Assembly (NCBI GenBank): GCA_963756875.1
Contig: CAVWPA010000003.1
Span: 864,001 to 928,000 of the forward strand
Origin: an uncultured Verrucomicrobiae bacterium
GTDB lineage: Bacteria; Verrucomicrobiota; Verrucomicrobiia; Chthoniobacterales; UBA10450
DNA length: 64,000 bases
Direction: 5' to 3'
Below the pieces are notes generated by a model. The model worked only from the letters and a program-made list of their open reading frames with translations, searched no databases and was not told the DNA's origin. This document shows positions 51,301 to 61,180 of this stretch, piece by piece. The position numbers and the translations under genes are program-made. Numbering within the stretch: position 1 is the first letter of the stretch; each line of letters opens with the position of its first letter.

Positions 51301-51620
51301 TCACAGTCGCGGGATTGCAGCTTGTTTCAGATTTTGCGGCCGCTCCGCTTCAATTGACTCCGTCGCAACAGACCCATACCTCGGTTCTTGTCTCAGCGCC
51401 GTTCCAAATTGCCACGGTGGATTTTTCGCCTTCGTTCGAAATCGCTTCCATCGTTCTCAACTCGAATTCGAAACAGGTCTCCGTCCAGTTGCCCGGCGCC
51501 GCAGCAGGGGTGATCGAAGGAGCTCCGATCTTCGAGATTGCCAATCTGCAGCTGACCGGAACCGGCGATATTGGAATGATGCAATTGCATCTCGTCGGCC
51601 ACGGGCCCAAGCGCGGATAA
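48336..51620 (+). CDS. Large envelope-spanning protein: duplicated TPR blocks, Pro/Ala linker, TM helix, acidic linker, C-terminal beta repeats
   Basis: Signal peptide, two homologous TPR modules, TM FGLAWLIGGLVLAGIALLAWVFV, five F(E/Q/T)(I/V)(A/S)..Q/D repeats at the C-terminus. Confidence 0.8.
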   Translation: MKTRKLAVIAILVLGSFAADNVAPSKAELEAMYDKAFRAFDASNFSEALKDLDAIDARQPDLAESQNLRGVILMREGIYDKAEAALREALRIDPKFWNARFNLAEIPFLEKNWPEARSRFQDLLSSNASELQGEATQLIQYKILLTYLLEGKENMVDAILAKFELSPDTPAVHYANAAIALQRKDNKEAKSWMEAAEKNFSPQLNKLFAESLYEVGWLEKQAGQGRAALEISSPAERAAKMKAFAQSRFEQAQQALEHHDLVAAAKFIDDANTAAPNEARILNLRGEILMEQKEFDKAEAEFKQALKVNPKYREAQYNLAQVPFKQKEYTKARERFEALFTKTPGGEKNQAADLIKFKIYMTLLLEGKESRAQRMMEQFQFTGDTPALYYAQAAWEFKHNNPTKANDWIASAKKIYSPALNSIFGDAFYDLGWVQGPALAQMSPAPATEAAVAMESAPTESSPAIEPSPIPGASLAKKASSKESVAAVSPVASPVVAGGETSTSTAVASEAMAAGTPVKPEEIPTAPVPNLSPVVETPVAAEASPASSAVPTKPAIAVESNPASSPAEAVAMASASPAAATVAAIASATPATALAPQRIGELGHSAPHSGFGLAWLIGGLVLAGIALLAWVFVPEIRRRGLHFPAFRRAAPATGPGIGEVSIPAAAPVQKQMKVNTRLPGGPRQVSLRLKASEPSLRRAVIPSAKPSRGFAPPDEPAVERNGKPETEVEVKAFTPPPSERVFESVGPVIEQDAMAFMPEAVSEPEAFPVVEEPHTAPIAEEAPSLDVAEPVFAHAASIAEPEVESEAEPIGQGQPIPQLTPVIGSEPYTPEIVTEPEPQPAAFGEFGSIIEPPPFEQSAVFTEPFISQPITPATMPEPTQTPTAPVVRTSAPGGAPQSGSMQTAVQLTFAFEIASMQLTPTFKMGAVQLRPSSKIVSMRLAPSQHPQPAMNLQVNFEISKIQPSGGALGSIRLTPSQQQRPAAAGSPSFTVAGLQLVSDFAAAPLQLTPSQQTHTSVLVSAPFQIATVDFSPSFEIASIVLNSNSKQVSVQLPGAAAGVIEGAPIFEIANLQLTGTGDIGMMQLHLVGHGPKRG

Positions 51621-51712
51621 GTCGATCTGGGTCGATTATAAGATTCTAAGATTCCGCGCGCCCAGCCTGGGCTTTCTGTACGCTCGCTCCGCGAAGCGCT
51701 CGAGCGCCCGCG

Positions 51713-52840
51713 TTAGGATGTCGACCGGCGCGTCGCGAAATGACTGCGATTGAGAGACCGCAGTTGTTTGGGCACAAACTCACCGTCGCGGCGGATCAGT
51801 TTGCCGTCGAAGTATATCTCGCCTCCGCCGTAATCGGGGCGCTGGATGTTCACCAGGTCCCAATGAATCTGACTTCGGTTCCCGTTGTCCGCTTCATCGT
51901 ACGCCTGACCGGGCGTAAAGTGAAACGAACCCGCGATTTTCTCATCAAACAGAATGTCCCGCATCGGTTGTAGAATATAGGGATTGAATCCGAAAGAGAA
52001 TTCCCCGATGTAACGGGCGCCCGGATCCGAATCGAGAATCTTATTCAGTTTCTCGGTTTGATTGCTGGTCGCGTCGACAATCTTGCCCTCACGAAATTCA
52101 AGGCGAATCCCATCAAACCCGATGCCTTGATAAATCGTCGGAGCATTGAAGGTGACGTGCCCGTTCACGGAGTTCTTGACCGGACAACTGAAAACTTCGC
52201 CGTCTGGAATATTGCGATCGCCACCGCAAATGATCGCCGGAATCCCCTTAATGCTGAACAGCAAATCAGTTCCCGGACCTTTGATTTTCACGCGATCCGT
52301 TTTTTCCATCAAACTTTTGAGCGCCTTCATCCCCGGCTGCAATTTCCGGTAGTCCAGCGTGCAAACTTGGAAAAAGAAGTCCTCGAAAGCTTCCGTGCTC
52401 ATCGAGGCCAGTTGCGCCATTGACGGAGTGGGCCAGCGCAATACGACCCACTTTGTTTTTTTAACTCGCTGGTCCTGCACCGGCCGCATTTTTTTTGCAA
52501 TCAACCGCATTCGCCCGGCCGACACATCGGAGAATTCGGTAATGTTATTGCTCCCGCGCAACGCGATGTACGCATCCATCTTCTTCATGCGCGCCAATTC
52601 ATGCTGTGCCGCAACGCTTAATTGGCCCTCGGATGCCTCAAGCGCCATCTCGCGATTCACTTTTGCTCGCTGGATTTGCACAAATGGAATTGCCCGTGCC
52701 TTTCGCACTGCACGAATCAGCGCAATCGTCATTTCGTCGGGCACATCGAAAGCTTCGATCAAGACGGTCTCGTTCCGCTTCAAACGGGTCGAGTATTCCA
52801 CCAGCAGTTTTGCAAGCTTGTCGAAACGCGCGTCGTGCAT
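51713..52840 (-). CDS. Aminopeptidase, M29 (AmpS/AmpT) family
   Basis: [33 protein letters not shown]. Confidence 0.9.
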   Translation of the reverse strand: MHDARFDKLAKLLVEYSTRLKRNETVLIEAFDVPDEMTIALIRAVRKARAIPFVQIQRAKVNREMALEASEGQLSVAAQHELARMKKMDAYIALRGSNNITEFSDVSAGRMRLIAKKMRPVQDQRVKKTKWVVLRWPTPSMAQLASMSTEAFEDFFFQVCTLDYRKLQPGMKALKSLMEKTDRVKIKGPGTDLLFSIKGIPAIICGGDRNIPDGEVFSCPVKNSVNGHVTFNAPTIYQGIGFDGIRLEFREGKIVDATSNQTEKLNKILDSDPGARYIGEFSFGFNPYILQPMRDILFDEKIAGSFHFTPGQAYDEADNGNRSQIHWDLVNIQRPDYGGGEIYFDGKLIRRDGEFVPKQLRSLNRSHFATRRSTS

Positions 52841-52899
52841 AGGAAATAACGATTCCATCGACGGCGCCGGATGCAACCAGCGATTCGCCGATGGGCTGC

Positions 52900-54153
52900 C
52901 TAAACGGTTCGGACGAACCTGGCGGCAAATGCGCCGTCAAAATGGTCCCGAAACGGCAGCGAACGGCTCTGCTTTTCCAGACGGAACGCCGGCGCATTGG
53001 TTAGAACGCACTGGACGACCTCTTCATTCTCCTCCGGCTCCAGGCTGCACGTGCTGTAGACCAGCGTCCCTCCCGGCCTCAGCAGGTCGCTGACTGCCCG
53101 GACAATTCCAATCTGTCGTTTTTGCATCCGGACGAAGTCCGCGGGGCGCAGACGCCAGCGCACATCTACACGGCGTCTCATCACGCCCGTGTTGCTGCAC
53201 GGCGCGTCGACCAAGATGCGGTCAAACGGCGCAGCGGATCTGATTTCTTTTGGAATCGGACCGCGAGCCCAGTCGATGAATACGACACGCCCGACCACGA
53301 TCCCAAGCCGTCTAAGATTTTCATCGAGCAGTTTTACGCGAGCCCGATCGCGGTCGCAGGCGATAATGGTCCCACGATTTTTCATCAGTTCCGCCAGATA
53401 CGCTGTCTTTCCACCGGGTGCGGCGCAGGCATCGAGAACCGTTTCGCCAGGATGTGGGTCCGTCAGTTCGCAGGCAATGGTCGTGCTGAGGTCTTGAATG
53501 TAACACTCCCCATGCTCGATTAGTTCGCGTTTAAATGGATCCAGCTCAACAAACCGTGGATGGTCCGCGACCGGATGAGCGGTTGCATGCGCGCGAAGAA
53601 ATTGCTCACGATCCACTTTTAGCCCGTTAATGCGCGCATAGATCGGCGGTGGCCGATTATTCCACTGGCACAAAGCTTCCGTGTTTGTTTCGCCAAAAAC
53701 CTTTTGCCAGCGCGTTACCAAAAACATTGGATGCGACGTCCGAGTATGTAGCGGCTGCGCTTGCGCCTGCTCGAGCAGTTCGTTCTTGCGACGCAAGCCA
53801 GTGCGCAAGATCCCGTTTATTAAAGAGCGATGTTTTTTCTGCGCCAGCTCGACGGTCTCGAACACAGCCGCATGTTCCGCCGTTTCCAGAATAAAAAGTT
53901 GATAGAACCCGAGCCGAAGAATATCCCGAAGATCGGCGTTCAGACGTGCCTGGCGAAGATGGCCGATCCAGAAATCGAGCAGAGTCCGATTACGTAAAAC
54001 CCCATAGAATAACTCCAGAGCGAATGCATGGTCGACGGCGCTCAATTTGGTGGCCAGCGGCAGCTCGGCCATGATCGAATCCGCGAAGCGCCTTTCGGCT
54101 GCCCAGGCCCTAAGGGCGGCTAGCGCGGCTCGACGAGCGGAAAACTGCGCCAC
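52900..54153 (-). CDS. rsmB: 16S rRNA m5C967 methyltransferase
   Basis: NusB-like N-terminus, [26 protein letters not shown]. Confidence 0.92.
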   Translation of the reverse strand: MAQFSARRAALAALRAWAAERRFADSIMAELPLATKLSAVDHAFALELFYGVLRNRTLLDFWIGHLRQARLNADLRDILRLGFYQLFILETAEHAAVFETVELAQKKHRSLINGILRTGLRRKNELLEQAQAQPLHTRTSHPMFLVTRWQKVFGETNTEALCQWNNRPPPIYARINGLKVDREQFLRAHATAHPVADHPRFVELDPFKRELIEHGECYIQDLSTTIACELTDPHPGETVLDACAAPGGKTAYLAELMKNRGTIIACDRDRARVKLLDENLRRLGIVVGRVVFIDWARGPIPKEIRSAAPFDRILVDAPCSNTGVMRRRVDVRWRLRPADFVRMQKRQIGIVRAVSDLLRPGGTLVYSTCSLEPEENEEVVQCVLTNAPAFRLEKQSRSLPFRDHFDGAFAARFVRTV

Positions 54154-54159
54154 AATATT

Positions 54160-55474
54160 TTAGTGCGGCGTTACGCTTCGGCGACCGATCGAGTAGTAGT
54201 GAAACCCAAGTTGGCCCATGGTCTCGGCATTAAACAGGTTTCGGCCGTCAAAAACGATCGGCGTTGTCATCTTCTGCTTCACAACGGCAAGATCGACATG
54301 GGCAAATTCGCTCCATTCCGTGGCAATGACGAGCGCCTCGGCGCCTTCCACTGCTTCGAGCGCCGACGTCGCAAAGCTCGGCGCCAGCTATCGCCTGGAT
54401 TTCTCGCGCTTTTTCCATTCCTTTTGGATCGTAGGCAACAACGTGCGCTCCTTCCCGGAGCATCTCGGTCACCAAATCGACAGCGACGGAGGAACGAATG
54501 TCGTCTGTGTCCGGTTTGAACGCCAAACCCCACACCGCGATCTTTTTTTCGCGCAACACCCAGAGGGTCTCCCGGATTGCCTTTAGGAAGCGCTGCTTCT
54601 GTATCGCGTTGATTCGCTGGACCTCCTTCAACAAATTAAACGGCACGCCCAGTTGCTCGCTGATTGCAATGAAAGCGGCGACATCCTTCGGGAAACACGA
54701 GCCGCCGTAGCCGATTCCGGCGTTGAGAAATTGACGGCCGATCCGGCGATCCATCCCGATTCCGTCCGCTACTTTCTCGACGTCCGCTCCGCTCGCTTCG
54801 CAAACCGCGGAGATGGCATTGATGTAGGAAATTTTCAGGGCCAAAAATGAGTTGGCGGCGTGTTTGATGAGCTCGGCACTGTTGATGTCGGTCACGAGAA
54901 TGGGAGCCATAAACGGTTCGTAAACCTTCTTCATCAAATCGACGGCGTGTTCGCTTTGCGCGCCGATGACGATCCGATCCGGATGCATCAAATCGCCGAC
55001 CGCGCAGCCTTCGCGCAAGAATTCCGGATTGCTCACGACATCGAACTTTGCGCCGTGGCGGTTGTAACGCTTGATCGACTCTGCAACCTTTTCTCCGGTT
55101 TTCACCGGCACGGTGCTTTTATCAACAATGACGCGATAGTCTTTGAGAACGCCGGCGATCTCTCTGGAAACCTTTTCGATAAAACTCAGGTCAACATCGC
55201 CATTCGGCTGTTGCGGAGTAGGCACCGCGATAAACACGATCTGAGAATTGTCGACTCCTTCCCGAATGCTGCCACTAAACCGGAGACGATGAGCTGAAAC
55301 GTTGCGATGAATCACGTCTTCCAGGCCCGGCTCGTAAATGGGAACACGGCCAGCCTGGAGCGCCTCTATTTTCCGCGGGTCGTTGTCGACGCAAATAACG
55401 TTGTGGCCGACGTCGGCAAAACATGCGCCGGTAACGAGACCGACGTAACCCGAACCAATAATTGAGATATCCAT
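54160..55474 (-). CDS. ugd: UDP-glucose 6-dehydrogenase, apparent +1 frameshift near 54377
   Basis: IGSGYVG, KSTVP, SNPEFLREG, GYGGSCFPKD, GLAFKPDTDD.R. The tail ATEW...DGRN lies in the shifted frame. Length 1315 nt = 3n+1. Confidence 0.93.
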
Positions 55475-55564
55475 GCTAGGTGGAACAGAAACACAGCGAT
55501 TAGTCGCTGCCAAATGGCCGCTGGCCCCTGCCGGCAAGATCCGTGGTCATGCTCGCATACCAGT

Positions 55565-57811
55565 TCATTGGTTTTGGCCAGCGCCTCCGGGATCGAAGTT
55601 GAAGTCGAACCCAAACTTTGGAAACGCTTTTAGCGTAAACGTAAGTAGCACGCCGTATTCCCTTACTCCGGCATTATCCCGCACTATCGCGCCGAACGAG
55701 GCGACCCAGTTCGTGAGGTCACGATAAACGGCGTAACGCTGTTGTTCCAAAGTGCCGGTCTCCGCTTCGTATTGCTCCTGAAAACCAACGCCCCAATTGT
55801 CGTCGAGGCGGTAATACCCGCCGACTACGAACAAACTGCTGTTTTGAAAAAATGGATTGTTGTTCAGGTAACGATGTCCAAGGCTGACCTGGAGACTTGA
55901 AACCGGCTGGAAGGCCAGGCTGGTGTTGACGGCCGTAAAACCTCTATCAAAGGCGGGAATCTGCGAATTGATTGCCAGCGTGGCCCAGGGCACCGGCGTA
56001 AAGCGAAGATTATTAAAAAGGTTTGAATAGAGAGTGCGGTCGTACGGGTTGTAGAAGTTTACGTCGCAAAACGTGTCGAGCTCGAGCCAGGTGACCGTCA
56101 CGTCGTCACGCCGGGTCTCCAGGCGGTTGCGGACACCGACACGCCAGATGGTCGAGCTGGCAATGGAGTCGGTGGATGTAAACTGGGGAAAATCGATTGG
56201 TGGCAGCTGCGTTGATGGCACGAAACGATCGAACTCAAGGACCGCTGCAGGGTCTATCCCGTTCTCCTTCACGTAGGAAAAGTTCATGAATGGCTGGATA
56301 ACGTGGAGAAGCCCGTCCAAACCAAGTTCGCGGCTTTGCACGTCTTCCCACTTGCGAGAAATCTTGAAGGAAGCTTCGACGCCGGTATTGAAAACAGTCC
56401 GGAGCCCGTTTCCGCCACTGACGATGGGGTTGGCCAGCGTGGGATCCGGCAGGATAAAATCGGGAATGAGTGGATCGGTTTGAGGCGCAAACAGCGTCTT
56501 CCCCAGATCGCGCGTATCATCGTAATAGGTCGCTCGGAACCCGGCACGCGGAACAATCGAAAGCCAGCCAAAATAAGTCTTTGGATAGAGGATTTGATGA
56601 AAGCTATCGAGTCGGAGTGCGCTGTAATCTTCAAAGCCCGAGCCTTCGGCGAAGCTGCGGTGGAGATTGGCAACCCCGCTTTCGCCTTCGTAAAAGATTG
56701 GGGTGCCGAAAAGTGGCTGCCGTTTGACATCGAGCACCACTTCCGGCAAGCGCTCGGTTTGCTGAAAAAATTCATTGGCCTGAAACCGCGCGATCGCGGT
56801 GAGAGTGTAAGCAGGATCGGTCTTCGTTAGCGCCACCACATTATCCGGCACCGGATTGATCCGAAACTCGTTTTGATAGAAGTCCTGCATCACATATCGG
56901 TCGCTCAGCTTCGTGACGTCTACGATCCCGTAAATATCGTCTGTAAAGTTCGTGCGATCTTCCAAACTGACACGATAGCGGCCGGCCCCGACATCCTTAC
57001 GCGGCACGGAGGTCTGATTGATCTCTGAGTTCTGGTCCTGAATGTAGTACGTCTTGAGCTTCGCGTTGCTCGAATTGTCTTTCCCGTAGTCGATATCGGA
57101 TTCAAAACCAATGGCCAGCCCGCGGCGTCCGCGGTAGTCCAATCGAAGCCGCCCTTTTATATCATCCGTTATGGGGAAGGTAACCTCGGTCAGCAGCGTA
57201 GGTCCCCATGAACTGAGGTAGGCCGGCGAGACTGTGAAGTTAAAGGCGTCGTTGAGTGACTGATAAAGATATGGCCACCAGAAGACAGGTACGTCTCCGA
57301 TGTAAAAGGTGACGTCACGAAAAACCACGTGATCGTCTTCATAAACACGCACCGTTCGCGCGTGGAGATGAAAATCGGGGCTTGGCGAATCATCCGTCGT
57401 GAATGTTGCATTTTCTACCCGGTAGCTGTTCTGCGAAATTTGGGTCACGTTCTTGCCACTCAAGAAGTAGGGATTGTATTCAGTCCGCATATTGCTCGTG
57501 CGAACCTCCTTCGTATCGATGTTATAAACACCGTGAGCTGCAAGATAGAGGCTGGTACCACGATAGATTCGGACGTTGCCGTCCGCTGTAATCTCGTGCG
57601 TGCGCGAATTGTATTGAGCAGAATCGGCATAAATATCGGTGTCGCCGACATGAATGGCCACGTTGTCCCGTGCAGTGGCCAGCCCGTTTTGATAGGTCGT
57701 TTCGCCGCTTGAGGTGATCTCTACCGGTTCGTTTTCGGGCGTCTTGGGGGCTGCATCAGCCATGGCAACCCCCAACACGGAGATAAAAATCAGCCAAACC
57801 GGCGTTCGCAT
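55565..57811 (-). CDS. lptD: LPS-assembly outer-membrane protein
   Basis: Signal peptide, OstA-like N-domain (A.GNVRI, NATFTTD, VPVFWWPY), long beta-barrel with RLPE and H.I.P motifs. Confidence 0.85.
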   Translation of the reverse strand: MRTPVWLIFISVLGVAMADAAPKTPENEPVEITSSGETTYQNGLATARDNVAIHVGDTDIYADSAQYNSRTHEITADGNVRIYRGTSLYLAAHGVYNIDTKEVRTSNMRTEYNPYFLSGKNVTQISQNSYRVENATFTTDDSPSPDFHLHARTVRVYEDDHVVFRDVTFYIGDVPVFWWPYLYQSLNDAFNFTVSPAYLSSWGPTLLTEVTFPITDDIKGRLRLDYRGRRGLAIGFESDIDYGKDNSSNAKLKTYYIQDQNSEINQTSVPRKDVGAGRYRVSLEDRTNFTDDIYGIVDVTKLSDRYVMQDFYQNEFRINPVPDNVVALTKTDPAYTLTAIARFQANEFFQQTERLPEVVLDVKRQPLFGTPIFYEGESGVANLHRSFAEGSGFEDYSALRLDSFHQILYPKTYFGWLSIVPRAGFRATYYDDTRDLGKTLFAPQTDPLIPDFILPDPTLANPIVSGGNGLRTVFNTGVEASFKISRKWEDVQSRELGLDGLLHVIQPFMNFSYVKENGIDPAAVLEFDRFVPSTQLPPIDFPQFTSTDSIASSTIWRVGVRNRLETRRDDVTVTWLELDTFCDVNFYNPYDRTLYSNLFNNLRFTPVPWATLAINSQIPAFDRGFTAVNTSLAFQPVSSLQVSLGHRYLNNNPFFQNSSLFVVGGYYRLDDNWGVGFQEQYEAETGTLEQQRYAVYRDLTNWVASFGAIVRDNAGVREYGVLLTFTLKAFPKFGFDFNFDPGGAGQNQ

Positions 57812-57878
57812 GGCGGACGCCGAAGGTACCGAACCAGCGCCCCCTTGCAAAGCTAAAAGAAAGCGCATCCTTTTCTCT

Positions 57879-59012
57879 TCAACCTTCCGTCACCGACAGC
57901 TTTAGTCCTGCTGCTTGCTGATTCAAGCCGCAACTTAGAACAATCGCTGTCCGGGCTGATATTTCTGCCGCCAAACCGTTCGGGAAATGCCCGTCAACCT
58001 GTGGGTTAACGTGTAGCAAAGGGGGGACTCGCTTGGTGCGCAGAGCTTGTGCGCCAACGATGACCTGCCAGACCGCGCTTGCTCCAACGCTCTCGCCAAG
58101 CGCCGGCTTTGGCGAATAAAGCACCGCCCCGGGCAATTCTTGCTGCAAAGCGGCGCGCTCAGCGAGATCGACAAAGGTGCCGTTGGCACTCGCAATCACG
58201 ATGCTGGATCCTTGCCCGTCCAGGTTGGAAAGAATCGTCGCCATCAATCTGGCTGCCTCGCGGCGTCGGAAAAAATTCGCGCCGCCGTCAACTGTGTTCA
58301 GCGTTATGGGCCCTTCGCGCGCCAAAAGGATTGCCCCGGCGCCTTCGCTCGGGATCATCCCGCGCGGCGGTTGGCAAAACGGTTCGATCGGTGGCTTCTG
58401 CTTGAGGAGTCGCCATTTTCGATAGGCATCGCAAAGGATCCAATCGGCTTCTTCAGCGCCAACGACGAGGCAATAATCAAGTTCCGGGTCGACCATTAAG
58501 TCTTCCGCCATCTTTATGGCCAGGATGCCGATCGCTCCATCGCCGACCAGAGTATAACTTGCTCCCGCGATGCCCAGGATCGCGGCGAGGTGACTGGCGG
58601 GCGCGTTGAAGACAGTTTCCGGAAAGATCAATGGGCTTGCGGATCGCGCGCCAGACTCGACGACATCGTGATAAAAACGCTTTGTATAAGCGACACCGCC
58701 ATTTGAGATGGCGAAGACCAGCGCCATTCGTTTGGTAATTTCCGCTGAAATCTGCACTCCGGCATCCTCCAGCGCGTCCAGTCCGGCCGCCGCGGCGAAG
58801 CGGGAGATCGCGCCGGCACGGCGCAGGCGTGGATGCGTTGGCAAATCCTTCAGTGCGGCATTGGGCACCCGAAATACCGGATACTCTTTTTTCGATCCGT
58901 TGGAGATCATTTGCGCGCTCGCTTCTTCCCCGCGAAGAAGTCGCTGCCACACTTTGCCGACGCCTCGGCCAAGCGGCGTAACCCAACCCATCCCTGCAAT
59001 CCCCAGGTTCAT
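57879..59012 (-). CDS. Ketosynthase-like protein without the catalytic triad (chain-length-factor-like)
   Basis: GMGWVTPLG, SPLIFPETVFNAPA, EGAGA. The Cys motif reads VGDGA, HGT reads NGT, and GH reads GE. Confidence 0.82.
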   Translation of the reverse strand: MNLGIAGMGWVTPLGRGVGKVWQRLLRGEEASAQMISNGSKKEYPVFRVPNAALKDLPTHPRLRRAGAISRFAAAAGLDALEDAGVQISAEITKRMALVFAISNGGVAYTKRFYHDVVESGARSASPLIFPETVFNAPASHLAAILGIAGASYTLVGDGAIGILAIKMAEDLMVDPELDYCLVVGAEEADWILCDAYRKWRLLKQKPPIEPFCQPPRGMIPSEGAGAILLAREGPITLNTVDGGANFFRRREAARLMATILSNLDGQGSSIVIASANGTFVDLAERAALQQELPGAVLYSPKPALGESVGASAVWQVIVGAQALRTKRVPPLLHVNPQVDGHFPNGLAAEISARTAIVLSCGLNQQAAGLKLSVTEG

Positions 59013-60241
59013 CCGGTGAATTTCCGCATAACAATAGTGGCGTTTGTTCCGCCAAAACCGAAAGAGTTCGAAAGAAGCGTGTCGATCTTCGCGGCGCGTG
59101 CCTCGTTGGCGACCATATGAAGATCGACATCTTCGTCCGGGGCCCGGAAATTAATATTCGCGGGCAGAAATTGGTGTTGCAAAGCAAGCAGACAGATCGC
59201 TGCTTCGATCGCACCCGCCGCGCCCAGTGCGTGGCCCATCATTCCCTTGGTCGAACTAATGGGAACGTGATCGAACAAATCCGCGATTGCCTTGCCCTCC
59301 GCCGCGTCGTTGAACGGCGTGGCGGTGCCGTGCGCGTTGATATAATCGACCGTGTGCGCGGAAATTCCCGCGCTGCGCAGCGCCTGTTCCATCGCCGCAC
59401 GCGGCCCGCTTCCGGAGGGGTTGGGTTGCGTGAGGTGATGATTGTCCGTCGAGATTCCGTAGCCGGTTATTTCGGCCAGAATCGCTGCGCCGCGGGATCG
59501 GGCCGTTTCCAGGTTTTCCAGCGCCAGAACTGCCGCGCCTTCTCCGAGCACCATTCCGCTCCGGTCCCGATCAAAGGGCCGGCATTTTTCCGGAGTTGAG
59601 GCCTGGAGCGAATCGAATCCCACAAAAACCAGCTCGGAAATGGCGTCGTAGCCACCAGTCAAAATGCGTCCATATCTTCCCGAGCGCACACATTCAAAAG
59701 CGTGTCCGATGGCGTTTGTTCCGGAAGCGCACGCGTTGGAGATGATCTGACAAGGGGAAGAGAGTCCAAAGGCCTCCAGCGCATCAACTGCCGGCTTTTG
59801 TGCCAGATAGTTGGCGATCCAGCCTGGCGATTGACGGGAATGAGCATGTTGTTGCAAGGAACGGTAGTAGTTTTCGCCAAAAGACATGCCGCCGCTTGTT
59901 GTGCCGATCACTGCGAGTTCGGGCCTGAACTGCGGGTCCTGTATGAGGGCTTCCTCCAGCGCGCGAATCAACATCCGCGAAACGCGGTGCAGACGTCGCC
60001 TCCTTCGTCCATCCCCAGTGCAGGCGAGGAGCGGATCATCGGGAATCTGGCCGGCCGTCTTGCATCGGCACTGATCCACCGGGAATCGCGTCACTGGTGT
60101 AATGCAATCCTTCGCCGCGCGCAGGGAGTCGAGCGTCTCGGCCAATCCGAAGCCGAGGGGGCTGACAACGCCCGCTGCGACAACGGCAACGCGGCCTGCT
60201 TTTGTTTTTCCGTTTGTCGCGTTAAATATCGGCATTTTCAC
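59009..60241 (-). CDS. Beta-ketoacyl-ACP synthase (FabF-like), catalytic triad intact
   Basis: NACASG, RPFDRDRSG..LGEGA, NAHGTAT, GHALGAAG, SNSFGFGG.N. Confidence 0.92.
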   Translation of the reverse strand: MKMPIFNATNGKTKAGRVAVVAAGVVSPLGFGLAETLDSLRAAKDCITPVTRFPVDQCRCKTAGQIPDDPLLACTGDGRRRRRLHRVSRMLIRALEEALIQDPQFRPELAVIGTTSGGMSFGENYYRSLQQHAHSRQSPGWIANYLAQKPAVDALEAFGLSSPCQIISNACASGTNAIGHAFECVRSGRYGRILTGGYDAISELVFVGFDSLQASTPEKCRPFDRDRSGMVLGEGAAVLALENLETARSRGAAILAEITGYGISTDNHHLTQPNPSGSGPRAAMEQALRSAGISAHTVDYINAHGTATPFNDAAEGKAIADLFDHVPISSTKGMMGHALGAAGAIEAAICLLALQHQFLPANINFRAPDEDVDLHMVANEARAAKIDTLLSNSFGFGGTNATIVMRKFTG

Positions 60242-60417
60242 AGCCAGTGGCCTTCGGATTATTGTTGCTTTCTAAAACGAAGCACTTTACTAAGGGGGCC
60301 GAAAGGGGAAAACAGCAGCTCGGAAGTTGGTGGATTGTCAGTTGAGTTTATTCAGTGGCGATTTGAAATCCGATAAGCGGAAACAGTGACCTAGCCGCGT
60401 TTTCCAGAATAGACTCG

Positions 60418-60774
60418 ATGGCTACTAAATTATACGTGGGCAATCTCCCATTCAACACGACCGAGAACGAACTGCAGGAGCTCTTTTCACAAGCGGGCGC
60501 CGTGCAGGAAGTCATGCTGATGCAGGACAAGTTCACGGGCAAATCGCGCGGCTTCGCTTTCGTCACCATGGGCTCCGAACAGGACGCGCAGAACGCGGTT
60601 ACGCAGTTGAACGGCAAAACGATCGAAGGGCGAGCGTTAACCGTCAACGAAGCCCGGCCACGGGAGGCCCGGCCTGGTTATGGCGGCGGCGGCGGCGGTG
60701 GCGGCGGTGGCGGCGGCGGGGGTGGCGGCTACGGCGGCGGCCGCAGAAATGGCGGGCAGCGCCGCGGGCGGTAA
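60418..60774 (+). CDS. RRM RNA-binding protein with Gly-rich tail
   Basis: RNP2 LYVGNL, RNP1 RGFAFV, VNEARPRE, (GGC)n tail. Confidence 0.95.
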   Translation: MATKLYVGNLPFNTTENELQELFSQAGAVQEVMLMQDKFTGKSRGFAFVTMGSEQDAQNAVTQLNGKTIEGRALTVNEARPREARPGYGGGGGGGGGGGGGGGGYGGGRRNGGQRRGR

Positions 60775-60796
60775 TTCGCGCGGCTCACTCGAAAAA

Positions 60797-60832
60797 CGCC
60801 TGGATTAAGAGACCAGGCGCCTGTTTTGCTTT
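60797..60832 (+). terminator. Probable terminator hairpin
   Basis: CGCCTGG-N9-CCAGGCG followed by a T-rich tract. Confidence 0.5.
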
Positions 60833-60993
60833 GCTCCGTCCATCAAGGCACGGCTGCAGCGGCCTTGCCGTGCGACCATGCCTTTTGAACTACCAGAAAG
60901 GGGCCCCCGAACGAGGCAAGCAGCCCGGAAACGGCGGAAACAGCGCTTCGCACGGCGCATCAAACGCTAGAGCAGGGGATTCGACCAGGGAAG

Positions 60994-61077
60994 TGGGCAG
61001 GGCTGGATTCGAACCAGCGAAGGCGTAAAGCCAGCAGATTTACAGTCTGCCCCGTTTGGCCACTCCGGAACCTACCC
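60994..61077 (-). tRNA. tRNA-Tyr (GTA), CCA not encoded
   Basis: GGGTAGG acceptor, GAGTGGCCAA D-loop, GCAGA-CTGTAAA-TCTGC anticodon arm, long variable arm, GGTTCGAATCC, CCTGCCCA. Confidence 0.96.
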
Positions 61078-61180
61078 GTTTCTACCCGAAAACTTTCGGG
61101 GTTGATATAACTCGTGCTCTGCACCTCGCAAGTAATTTGCCCGATGCCCGGCGAGGCGAATCCTGAAGCATGTTGCCATT

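Noticed and set aside
60682..60741. (GGC)n microsatellite as a phase-variable tract
   Set aside because: It encodes the ordinary Gly-rich tail of an RRM protein, in frame.
60780..61180. tRNA-Tyr as an integration site for a genomic island
   Set aside because: No integrase and no duplicated tRNA 3' end seen. The flanks are housekeeping genes.
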